Source: an uncultured Nannocystaceae bacterium | Lineage (GTDB): Bacteria; Myxococcota_A; Polyangia; Nannocystales; Nannocystaceae | Direction: 5' to 3' | NCBI GenBank assembly: GCA_964432695.1 | Contig: CAYSPB010000001.1 | Span: 30,138 to 94,137 of the forward strand | Length of the DNA: 64,000 nucleotides | In this document: positions 46,101 to 54,096 of the stretch, piece after piece | Numbering within the stretch: the first letter of the stretch is position 1 | Layout of the letters: the number at the start of each line of letters is the position of its first letter | The notes under the pieces: generated by a model | Database searches by the model: none | The model's input: the letters and a program-made list of their open reading frames with translations, nothing else | Told to the model about the DNA's origin: nothing | Translations under genes and position numbers: made by a program

Positions 46101-46174
46101 TCGACGCCATGACCCCGCAGAGCGACGACGAGCGCGCTCGAATCTCGCAGACCCGCGACGCGCTCGGCCTATAG
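43106..46174 (+). CDS. Hanks-type Ser/Thr protein kinase, one TM, long C-terminal TPR region
   Basis: Starts at ATG 43106 (alternative 43079). Motifs are GAGGMGEVY, VAVKWL, HRDFKPENVL, DFGI and LEYMAPEQ. TM is WLWLGGVGLVMGGVVLAA. About 700 aa of TPR-like repeats follow (e.g. LNTLGALYTMRGEPERAIEIHTRAL). The first 73 aa of the track ORF overlap the divergent gene and are rejected. Confidence 0.9.
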   Translation: MSSTPHSLRLDALLPFGSSSAFDSSVPPSRTATESAPALPGVPQPIPDGATPSRPNVPLKVGRYRVLRFLGAGGMGEVYSAWDPHLERRVAVKWLNRPPKDREAAHPLLREAQAMARVSHPNVVAVYDVGEADGRVFIAMEYVSGSTLRRSLSGLSTEAIVAAYVDAGCGLAAVHEGGLVHRDFKPENVLRGKDGRVRVLDFGITVHASICGITSAGTLEYMAPEQFSSKTSDARSDQFSFCVALYEALEGKRPFTGASAPTIIASVCKDPPRPFNRVSAPHVRAAIERGLSKAPDDRFPSMRALVEALQTPDLAPPEPKHWLWLGGVGLVMGGVVLAATRSAGPCDPSNAPSTETWTSQRAEAVREAFAKTRLPFARRSADDVIGSLDAYASSWSGEWAAVCEATRNAVGTERMLDRSRVCLERGRSHLASLVAELVQPEPMTVERAGRAAAALPDVARCRNVAALDELAPLPPRESDRADVARAMSAVDEATTLIELGRPQDADELLRTAASVVDHVSHGPLHAELARARGRAARVDHDLHRARTWLEEAYYAAYAAQDRGLEADVAVRLATLIGRDLDEPTHGRAWLRHAEAAVAVVGTPRRERVELALASAILDDAHGQTTRGLETVERALSTMQPDEDQRDRLLRSRGSMLRRAGRFGEALSVQQERLRHASQRLGPEHPEAVRLLVEIAAIHYGTRALDDARTLLDEAMELHLRAGGERSLDLANARQLLAAIEVEHGNFEEATRLIRRVVSVRRRRLGEAHDGTLGALNTLGALYTMRGEPERAIEIHTRALKLHEETDGADSLGAAEMLINLANALDEVDRLDEAIVSLERACEVFATRRGGEHPQTAMCRHNLGNQLARAGRPSEALVELDAALHVWSETFDAGDPRSCSTSRVRASTLLALERVEEAGAAADFSWTCDLRQPRPSSVALMADAELQIEAHLRRDDASAAWAHLETMQAHATPEQALELQLMRVRIHARSGHVPDAARTLDAMTPQSDDERARISQTRDALGL

Positions 46175-46672
46175 CTTGGCGGCGATGGTCTCAGCCAGCG
46201 TGCGCCGGGTTTCGGCCTTCGCCGCCGAACCATCGGCGTTCAGTACGTTGAGCGTGACGAGTCGATCGTTGACGTTCCAGACGATGGACCCGTCGGATTG
46301 CGCGACCGCGTAGTTGCCTCGAACGTCGTCGGTGTTCACCACGGCGGCATGCTCCGCGAGTCGTGGCCCCGCGCGTGACATCGAGTCTGCGCGAACTTTG
46401 AGCCGACGGAAGGCGCGGGCTCCGACATCGGGAATGAGGGTCAGGGTGACCCGGTTCCGACCCTCGACCTGCCACGCGCACTGCGACTCCACGTTGCCGA
46501 ACACTTCGAGCGCGTCGGTCTTGGCTTCGACTGCGCCTTGGACCTCGAGCACGGTGGCGACCCGCTCGGCGTCGAGCAAGGTGCAGGCCTCGATGCGCGG
46601 CCCATTCGTTCCTGCCATCGCACCGTCGCAGCCGAGAACGCCGAGTAGTCCCGCCAGTGCAAGTCGCCGCAT
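46169..46672 (-). CDS. Hypothetical lipoprotein
   Basis: MRRLALAGLLGVLGC (lipobox). 167 aa. No family recognised. Confidence 0.65.
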   Translation of the reverse strand: MRRLALAGLLGVLGCDGAMAGTNGPRIEACTLLDAERVATVLEVQGAVEAKTDALEVFGNVESQCAWQVEGRNRVTLTLIPDVGARAFRRLKVRADSMSRAGPRLAEHAAVVNTDDVRGNYAVAQSDGSIVWNVNDRLVTLNVLNADGSAAKAETRRTLAETIAAKL

Positions 46673-46742
46673 GAAAGGTCCGTATCACAGATGGGGGAAT
46701 CCCGGTGCGCGGTTGCAGTCGCGCCTACGGTAGCCTTCCGCC

Positions 46743-47234
46743 GTGTCCATCGAACGCTTGTCGTCGAACGCGTGGCAGCGACTGCGAGCCGTTCGGCTTG
46801 CTGCCCTCACGGACGCGCCAGAGGCATTCTGTTCCACCTTGGAACAGTGTCGCGGTTGGGAGGAAGCGCGGTGGCGGGTGCAGCTCGATGAGCTCGCCAC
46901 GTTCGTCGCGACGCACGAGGGCAGCGACGTCGGCCTCGTTCGCGGTGCTCATCATGAGGCTCATCCGTCGGTCGCCTGGTTGTTGTCGATGTGGGTCGCG
47001 CCCCAGGCCCGTCGCCTCGGGCTGGGACGCGCGCTCATCGAAGCCGTGGCTGACTGGGCCGAGAGTGTCGGCAAGACGGAACTCTGGCTCGACGTGCGAG
47101 AAGGAAACGACCGGGCGGCGGTTTTGTACCGCGCGGAGGGCTTCGTCCAGGACCCCAAGCCGGTTGGGTCGACGCGTGGTGGAGTCCCCGAATTCCGGTA
47201 CCGCCGCTCGCTCACCGCAACTCGAGCGCGATAG
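46743..47234 (+). CDS. GNAT-family N-acetyltransferase
   Basis: GTG start. Acetyl-CoA motif is WVAPQARRLGLGRALIEAV. 163 aa. Confidence 0.8.
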   Translation: MSIERLSSNAWQRLRAVRLAALTDAPEAFCSTLEQCRGWEEARWRVQLDELATFVATHEGSDVGLVRGAHHEAHPSVAWLLSMWVAPQARRLGLGRALIEAVADWAESVGKTELWLDVREGNDRAAVLYRAEGFVQDPKPVGSTRGGVPEFRYRRSLTATRAR

Positions 47235-47244
47235 CTCGCGTCCT

Positions 47245-47706
47245 TCAGCCGCCGGACATCATTGCCGCGAAGCGCCGCTGAAGCTCCTCGGGGCTGACTT
47301 CTTCGAGCTGCTGGTGAATGAACCACCGGTGGCCGAACGGGTCGGTCACCTTTGCGCTGCGGTCACCGAAGAACTCATCCTTCGTTTCGCCCTGTTGGGT
47401 GCCGCCGGCTTCGACCACCTTGGCGACGATGGTGTCGACATCCTCGACGTACAGCATGAGTGCCATCGTCGAGTGCCCTGCGGTCTTGGGTCCGACGATT
47501 CCCATGTCGGGGAACTCGGAGGACAGGTACAGGTGGTCGTTTCCCAGTGCGACTTCTGCGTGGACGATGCTGCCGTCAGGCATGGCGAGCCGAGCGACCT
47601 CGGTCATGCCGAACACCGACGTGTAGAAGTCGATCGCCGCGGCCGCGTCGTGACACGCGAGGTAGGGACGAAGACGTGGGCCGGGGGGAATCGGAGGCAC
47701 GCTCAC
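47245..47706 (-). CDS. VOC-family (glyoxalase/bleomycin-resistance, PhnB-like) protein
   Basis: 153 aa. The pattern PYLACHDAAAAIDFYTSVFG ... HAEVALGNDHLYLS ... FGDRSAKVTDPFGHRWFI is typical of PhnB-like VOC proteins. Confidence 0.8.
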   Translation of the reverse strand: MSVPPIPPGPRLRPYLACHDAAAAIDFYTSVFGMTEVARLAMPDGSIVHAEVALGNDHLYLSSEFPDMGIVGPKTAGHSTMALMLYVEDVDTIVAKVVEAGGTQQGETKDEFFGDRSAKVTDPFGHRWFIHQQLEEVSPEELQRRFAAMMSGG

Positions 47707-47836
47707 ACCGACATGGTCTCCGTCCGCACTGCGAGGAGCAACTGGGCGCGGAGCCAGCCCTACAGCCGGGTTGATTGCCGAAAAAAACTACGCGGCGTCG
47801 GATCGAAAGGTCTCCAAACGGCACTGCGCCTTCGAC

Positions 47837-48775
47837 ATGACCCAACACAATGACTGCAACTGTGCTGCACCGTCCTCGCGGCTGGAAACCATCCTCGTGC
47901 AGGAGCTCGTCCGTGTCGACGCGATCGAGGCGTCGGACGCGTTCGAGGTCTTTCTGGCGCTCAACGGGTCCGCAATCGCGTCGCGGATTGGAAAGCTCGT
48001 ATGGCCACCCGACTTCAACCACCCCTGCCTTTCGAAGAATCCCCCTCGTTGGTGCTGGGCCGCCTCCGACGGGTGGGTGGACCTTGTGTCCCGCCAGATT
48101 CTGATCGAGTCCCTCATCGGAGCCGAGCTGCTCGATCGCCATGACGCGTTTCACACTCAGGCACGCGCGGTCGACCTTGCTACGGTCGTCGTCCGTCGCG
48201 CGATTCGAACCGAGCGTCTGTCCATCGAGCAGGGCTACGCCATGCTCGACTTCGTGGCCTCCGTCGGTTCTCCGTGCGGCAAGATCGTCGAAGGCAGCCC
48301 GCTCGCCGCGTTCTGTCGGAAGTACCCCACCGCCAAGATCTGCATGCTGGCGAGTGCACCCTTGCATCCGATCCTGCGTGATGGGCTCGCCTGGCTCGCC
48401 TTCGTGCAGCAGTCCGTACATCACGCCCTGATGGGAATCGAAACCGGCAACGCCGTGCTCGCTGCGACGCTCGACGAGGCGGCGCGGGACGCTGCGCTCA
48501 CGGTTCGGCTGGACGATGCGTCCGTCATCCTTCGCGGCGCCGGTGTCGACTCGAAGCTGCTGACGGAGAACCACCGGGCTGTGGTGGGGATGTACGGCCC
48601 CGGCGGCTTTTGGGGGAAGATCTGTGCCCTTCGGCCAATCCCCGAGATTTGCAAGTACATCCGCGGCGGATTTGGGGGACCGTTGATCGACATCCTCTCC
48701 CAGAAGACGGCGCTGGATCTCGAGACCCTGGCCCCGGCGCTCGATCACCGCTTGGGTGGCGTTGGCTGGGAATAG
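47837..48775 (+). CDS. Hypothetical protein, no recognised domain
   Basis: The plus frame has G/C-rich third positions, while the competing 390-aa minus ORF is Arg-rich shadow. Start is taken at MTQHNDCNC; the track start is 47771. 312 aa with 9 Cys. Confidence 0.55.
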   Translation: MTQHNDCNCAAPSSRLETILVQELVRVDAIEASDAFEVFLALNGSAIASRIGKLVWPPDFNHPCLSKNPPRWCWAASDGWVDLVSRQILIESLIGAELLDRHDAFHTQARAVDLATVVVRRAIRTERLSIEQGYAMLDFVASVGSPCGKIVEGSPLAAFCRKYPTAKICMLASAPLHPILRDGLAWLAFVQQSVHHALMGIETGNAVLAATLDEAARDAALTVRLDDASVILRGAGVDSKLLTENHRAVVGMYGPGGFWGKICALRPIPEICKYIRGGFGGPLIDILSQKTALDLETLAPALDHRLGGVGWE

Positions 48776-48804
48776 CGCGCCATGCTCCAGGTTACCCTCC
48801 CCAC

Positions 48805-50616
48805 GTGGAGGGACTACGGCTCGGTGAGGAGCTCGGCGCAGGTGCGGTCGCGGCCGTCCGTCGTGTGACCGATGCAGCCGGGAACGCGTTTGCGGGGAAG
48901 ATCCTGCACGCGTCTCGGCAAGGAGAGGCAGCTGCGGCGGAGCGGTTCGCTCGCGAGGCAGAGCTGGTGCGGGGCGTGGACCACCCCAACGTAGTTCGCG
49001 TGTACGGGCGCCGTGAGGTCGAAGGGCACGACGTCCTGTTGATGGAGCTCGTCGACGGACCGACGCTCGAGACCCACATCGCGCGTGAAGCTCCGCTGTC
49101 TTCGGCGGCCATCGTCACGATTGGACGTGGCATCGCACACGGGCTCGCGGCGGCGCACGAGGAGGGCGTCGTGCATCGGGATCTCAAGCCTGCCAACATC
49201 CTCGTCGCTCCCGACGGCACGCCGAAAATCGCCGACTTCGGGATGGCACGCGCGTCTTCGCTGGCAGGGGTCGATCGCGACGCGATGACCGTACTCGGGA
49301 CGCCGGACTACATGGCGCCGGAGAGCATCGAGCCGCTCGATGTCGACGCCCGCTCCGACCTCTACGCGCTGGGTTGCATCCTCTTCGAGATGGCGACGGG
49401 GCGGCCACCCTACGACGGTGCGACTTCGTTTGCCGTGCTCGAGCAGCACCGCACTGCGCCGATCCCCTCGCTCGAGCATTCCGGTTTGCCCAATGGCCTC
49501 CGGGCGACCATCGAGCGACTCTTGGAAAAGACCCCGGCCGACCGCATTCAGAGCGCGTCCGCCGTTGCCGAGGCGCTCGAGCAGGCCGACGCTCCGGGGG
49601 CGCTTGCGCTTCCTGAGAGTGCGGTTGCAACGGTCGGCCGCTGCGCATCGTGCAACGCACCCCTGGTCGAAGGCCTGAGCATCTGCTTGTCGTGTCAGGC
49701 GACCGTGCCGCGGCTCGCGGCTGGGGACCATACGGTGTTCGTGACCGGGCCTGGTGAGGTTGCAGCCAAGATGGACAGCCAGGTTCGCGGCAGGCTCGTC
49801 GACTGGCTGCGTTCGAACCCCACCCTGGGCATCGATCCTGCATCGCTGGAGAAGAAAATCCCGCGGCTTCCTTTTGCGCTGTTGGGCAATGTCGACGCCG
49901 AAGGCGCCAGCCAGCTCGTGACGTCCTTGGGCTCGTTGGGGTTGCAGGCGAAGGCCGTTCGCGGAGGTGCATTGGCTTTGCCGGAGGCCCGCAAGAAGGC
50001 GCAGGTCCTGGGCGTGCGAACGCTTGCGATCGTCGGCGTCTCGATGGCCAGCGTGCTGGGCAACCTGCTCAACGGGATCTGGCCCCTGGGTCTGGCGCTC
50101 GGGGCTGCCGTCATCGTGCCCACGGCCGTCGCCCTGCAGTCGACCCGCCCCAAGTCGAAGCTGGCAGGTGCACGATCTTCGCTGCCGCCGGCGCTGGGCG
50201 AACGCATGAAGTCCGTTGCGATCGTCGGTGCCGGCATGCAATCCAAGCGGCACCGCGAATCACTTCGTGGCGTGGTGTCTCGAGCGCTCGCGCTGCGATC
50301 GGCGGTCGGTTCAGATGCAAGCCTCGACGCAGAGGTCGCCGAAGCGATCGACCATGCCGTCGTGGCCACGGGTCGACTCGACACGATCGACCACGCCCTT
50401 GCCCACGCCGACCTGCAGCGGCCCACCGACGCGCAACACGCACTGATGCACGAACGAGACACCTGGACCGCGCGCCTGCACGACCTCGTCGGCACGCTCG
50501 AGTCTCTGCGGACGCGCTTGGCCGCCGCGGACGGTGCCGCGGGTGAGTCGCAGGCCGTCCTGGACCGACTACGGGCCAAGGTAGAGGCACTCGAGGAGGT
50601 CCAAGCCGATGTCTGA
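48805..50616 (+). CDS. Hanks-type Ser/Thr protein kinase with zinc ribbon, TM segments and a helical C-terminal domain
   Basis: Motifs are LGAGAVAAV, AGKIL, HRDLKPANILV, DFGMARA and DYMAPE. The ribbon is CASCNAPLVEGLSICLSCQ. Start is uncertain. An in-frame GTG at 48805 has no SD. An ATG at 48782 lies in another frame that would join after ...WRDY if one base were restored. Confidence 0.8.
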   Translation: MEGLRLGEELGAGAVAAVRRVTDAAGNAFAGKILHASRQGEAAAAERFAREAELVRGVDHPNVVRVYGRREVEGHDVLLMELVDGPTLETHIAREAPLSSAAIVTIGRGIAHGLAAAHEEGVVHRDLKPANILVAPDGTPKIADFGMARASSLAGVDRDAMTVLGTPDYMAPESIEPLDVDARSDLYALGCILFEMATGRPPYDGATSFAVLEQHRTAPIPSLEHSGLPNGLRATIERLLEKTPADRIQSASAVAEALEQADAPGALALPESAVATVGRCASCNAPLVEGLSICLSCQATVPRLAAGDHTVFVTGPGEVAAKMDSQVRGRLVDWLRSNPTLGIDPASLEKKIPRLPFALLGNVDAEGASQLVTSLGSLGLQAKAVRGGALALPEARKKAQVLGVRTLAIVGVSMASVLGNLLNGIWPLGLALGAAVIVPTAVALQSTRPKSKLAGARSSLPPALGERMKSVAIVGAGMQSKRHRESLRGVVSRALALRSAVGSDASLDAEVAEAIDHAVVATGRLDTIDHALAHADLQRPTDAQHALMHERDTWTARLHDLVGTLESLRTRLAAADGAAGESQAVLDRLRAKVEALEEVQADV

Positions 50617-52513
50617 ACCGACGCAGAGCTCTCATGTGGCCGAAGTTCTGGGCGCGCCCGAGCGTGTTGGATCCGAACAGCGGTGGCAGGTTCGCTTGAG
50701 CGACGGCCGCCGCGGTTGCTTCGCCCAGCTCCTTCCCGAACTCGCACGCGATGAAGCGGTGCGGCAGCGATACGTCGGAGACCTCCGGCGACTGCGAGGG
50801 GTTCAAGGTCCGGGGCTGGCGGCACTGCTCGATACGTCGGGCGACGACGCTGCGCAGCCGTGGCGGCTCCGGGTTGAACCGGAGGGCGAGACGCTCGAAG
50901 TGTGGATCGAGCGCCGCGCACCGGCTCCGGTTGCCGAGGTCTCGCGTTGGGGAGCTCAGCTAGCCGATGCCTTGGGGCGGCTGCACCGGCGCGGCGTGGT
51001 CGTGCGAGACCTGCATCCGCAGGTGATCGTGCTGACGGAGGCGGGACCGGTGCTCACCGATGTCGGTCTTGCGCGCGTCGACCTGTTGTCCACGCGGACG
51101 GCTGCCAGTCTCGTGCTCGAGGGCTCCCCCTTCGCGTCGCCCGAGCAGCTGCGCAAGACGGTGCTCGACCAGCGCTCCGATCTGTACGGGTTCGGCGTCC
51201 TGCTGTGGTTCGCGCTCACGCAGACCAAGCCTTTCGGCGACGACATCGCCTTGCTCGCCGACCCCGACCGCAGGCCCGCGTTGCGAAGTCTTCGCGCCGA
51301 GCTTCCCGCCGCCCTCGCTGCGTGCCTGGAGCGATGCGTCGATCACGATCCGGAGCGACGCCCGGAGTCTGCGTCCGCCGTTGCGGCCGTGCTCCGCGGA
51401 GAGGCCGAGGATTTCGCTGGGGTGGCCCGCGTCGCGTGCCAGAACTGCGGGGCGTCTCTTCTACAGGGGCAGCGGATCTGCTTGTCTTGCGGAAAAGAAG
51501 CCGTCGCCTTCACCAGTGATGCCGGGTTGGGTGCCAGGAGCTACCGCGTAATGCTGCGCAAGGTGGAGGAGACGGTCGAGACACATGCCCGGCTGCGGGA
51601 GAAGCTGGAGCTGTTCTCTGCCGGGCCCGTGCGGCCGTTGAACTTCATCAGCGGTGACATGCGCATGTACTCCAAAGAAGAGCGCGAGCGCAGCATCCCG
51701 CTGCCGAAGGCGATGTTCGCTGGACTGAGCGCGGAGACGGCCAACCGTCTTGCCACCGAGTTGGCGGTGCCGGGGGTCAAAGCGGTCGTACGCAAGGAGC
51801 GGCCGTCGTGGATGCCGGGTCTCATCGTCGCATCGGTCGTCCTTGCGTCGCTGGGCATCGTCATGCTCGCGGCCGGAGGTGCGGCGGCGATCGTGCCCAT
51901 CTTCGGCATGCTGGTCATCGCGTTCGGCGTCGGCTTCGCCGTGCACAAGAAGAAAAAGAAGAAGGTCGATGCTCGAAAGGCACCGCTGCTGAAGCTGCGT
52001 GCTGGGCCCGCGGCGCTGCCGGCCTCCAACCCTCTGGTGGCTCGGCTGGCGGACCTCAGCGCAACCGCAGCACCCGACGTTCGCGAGCGGCTCGGTCACG
52101 TCGCGCTCACGCTGCAGCAGCTCATCGACCACCGCGCCACCCTTCCGGCCGTGGAACGCAAGGAGGTCGACCTCGTCACGGAGCCTGTCGCTGCGCTGGT
52201 CGATCTTCTCGAGGCCGAAGTGGCTCGCATTGCGGGCATCGACGCTGCGTTGCCCACGCTGGACGAAGGGGTGCTGGTCCGCTCGCTCGCCTCGGCCCGG
52301 GCGCGGGGGGCGACCTCGGCCGAACGCAACGAACTGCTTGCGGGTCTACAGCGCTTGCGTGACCTCGAAGAGTCCCGGGCGGCAGCGCTGCATCGTCTGC
52401 TCGAGGCCACGGTGCTGCTGCGGCGTGCTGCTGAACTCGGCCTTTCGGTTCGGGACGAGCAGTCCGCGGCCGACGCCCAGGTCAAACAGGCGTTGGCGGC
52501 TCTGGGGGGCTGA
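50609..52513 (+). CDS. Predicted pseudokinase paralog of the preceding kinase (same zinc-ribbon/TM/helical architecture)
   Basis: The ATG overlaps the upstream stop by 8 nt (ATGTCTGA) and has a strong SD (GAGGAGG) 8 nt upstream. The catalytic loop reads VVRDLHPQVIVL (HRDLKPxN lost), DFG reads DVG, and there is no Gly-loop or beta3 Lys. The ribbon is CQNCGASLLQGQRICLSCG. TM segments are followed by KKKKKKV. Confidence 0.8.
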   Translation: MSEPTQSSHVAEVLGAPERVGSEQRWQVRLSDGRRGCFAQLLPELARDEAVRQRYVGDLRRLRGVQGPGLAALLDTSGDDAAQPWRLRVEPEGETLEVWIERRAPAPVAEVSRWGAQLADALGRLHRRGVVVRDLHPQVIVLTEAGPVLTDVGLARVDLLSTRTAASLVLEGSPFASPEQLRKTVLDQRSDLYGFGVLLWFALTQTKPFGDDIALLADPDRRPALRSLRAELPAALAACLERCVDHDPERRPESASAVAAVLRGEAEDFAGVARVACQNCGASLLQGQRICLSCGKEAVAFTSDAGLGARSYRVMLRKVEETVETHARLREKLELFSAGPVRPLNFISGDMRMYSKEERERSIPLPKAMFAGLSAETANRLATELAVPGVKAVVRKERPSWMPGLIVASVVLASLGIVMLAAGGAAAIVPIFGMLVIAFGVGFAVHKKKKKKVDARKAPLLKLRAGPAALPASNPLVARLADLSATAAPDVRERLGHVALTLQQLIDHRATLPAVERKEVDLVTEPVAALVDLLEAEVARIAGIDAALPTLDEGVLVRSLASARARGATSAERNELLAGLQRLRDLEESRAAALHRLLEATVLLRRAAELGLSVRDEQSAADAQVKQALAALGG

Positions 52514-52560
52514 GCAACAACCGAACGCTCGGACTCGGCCGGTGTCGAGCGACGTCGGCC

Positions 52561-53898
52561 CTACGAAGGGGGCTTCGGAAGGAGGCGGACCGCGAGGACC
52601 CAGACGGACAGGCCCGTGACGACGTTTGCGATGGCGATGCCGACGAATGCGACCCGGACGTCGTCGAACAACAGGCTGACGCTCGCGAGGGGGACATAGA
52701 GGACGCCGCTCCGCAGCAGCGTGAGCCCGAGACCGCGAACGGCATGGTCGATCGCGTTGTACGTTGCCGAGGCGACGATGAGGATGCCGTAGCCTGCGAG
52801 CGTGCCCGTCACGATGCGCAGGTACAGCGCGCCGGTTTCGAAGACGACCGGATCGTCCGTGAACAGACCCATCACCGGTTCGGCTGCGAACGCGAGGACG
52901 CCGAAGCCGAGTGCCGAATAGCCCAGGCAGAACGAAAAGGAGGTCCGCATGGCAAGCCGGGTGCGGTCGGGCGCGCCGCAGCCCCAGTTTTGTCCTGCGA
53001 TCGGTCCAATGGCCGAGGATAGGGCCAGCATCGGGATCGCGGCGAACGATTCGATCCGCGTCGCGACACCGAACGCCGCGACGGTGTCCTTGCCGAACGT
53101 GGCGAGGATTGCCGTCACGAGCGTGATGGCGGCGGGGTTGATCATGTTGCTGACCGCCGCCGGGACGCCGACGGCGAGCAGCTGGCCCCACGAAGCCCGA
53201 AGCGTGCTCCATGACGGGATCGTGAACGCCAGCAGCTTCTCTCGGACGACGAGCAGTGCGGCCGTGGCCACGAGCGTGAGGGCTCGCGATGCGAGACTTG
53301 CCCACGCGGCGCCTGCAACCCCGAGCTCGGGTATTGGGCCACCCCCGTGAATGAAGATCGGGTCGAGGATCACGTTCGTGATCGCTGCGAACACCATGAT
53401 CAAGCTCGGTGCGACGCTGTCCCCGTTGGCGCGAATCAGGCCACCGCCGACCATCGGCACGACCAGGAACGGCATGCCGAGAAACCAGATGTGCATGTAC
53501 TCGACGACCACGTCGAGCACGCGACCGTCGGCCCCGAGGGCACCGAACAGTGGCCGAACGGTGAGGAACCCGAGGGCGCATGCGATCGCGACGACGAGCA
53601 ACGCCAGCGCGAGGCTGTCGGTCGCCAGCCGCTTGGCCCCCTCGTCATCGCCGCGCCCGATCGCCCGGCTGACGATCGAGCTCGAGCCCGCCGAGAGGCC
53701 GATGCTCAGACTCGTAATGGTCAAGACGACAGGGAACGTGAAACTCAGTGCCGCAAGCTCATCGGTGCCGAGCTGGCCGACGAAGTAGGCGTCGGCCAGG
53801 TTGATCGACAGGACTGCGAGCACGCCGAGCACCATCGGTGCGCTGAGCCGGAGCAGATGGGCGGGTACGGAACCGTGGGTCAGATCGCGGGCGGACAT
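52561..53898 (-). CDS. MATE-family efflux transporter
   Basis: Starts at MSARDLTHGSVPAHLLRLSAPMVLGVL (53898). About 12 TM with the typical MATE N-terminal motif. 445 aa. Confidence 0.85.
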   Translation of the reverse strand: MSARDLTHGSVPAHLLRLSAPMVLGVLAVLSINLADAYFVGQLGTDELAALSFTFPVVLTITSLSIGLSAGSSSIVSRAIGRGDDEGAKRLATDSLALALLVVAIACALGFLTVRPLFGALGADGRVLDVVVEYMHIWFLGMPFLVVPMVGGGLIRANGDSVAPSLIMVFAAITNVILDPIFIHGGGPIPELGVAGAAWASLASRALTLVATAALLVVREKLLAFTIPSWSTLRASWGQLLAVGVPAAVSNMINPAAITLVTAILATFGKDTVAAFGVATRIESFAAIPMLALSSAIGPIAGQNWGCGAPDRTRLAMRTSFSFCLGYSALGFGVLAFAAEPVMGLFTDDPVVFETGALYLRIVTGTLAGYGILIVASATYNAIDHAVRGLGLTLLRSGVLYVPLASVSLLFDDVRVAFVGIAIANVVTGLSVWVLAVRLLPKPPS

Positions 53899-54096
53899 GG
53901 CCTTCGCTGGCGGGTGTCCCCGTCGCGCGGAGCCGTCGTACCCCACCTGCGGCGGACCGTCCCGACCCAGGGTCTGTTTCCCCCGTCGCAACGCTCACGG
54001 CGCGAGTGACCCGCGGTCTGCCCGCTTGGATCCAAAATGCGACCCTGGGTCGCGGGACTCATGGTTCTAGGACCGATCCGGCCACACGATGAATGT

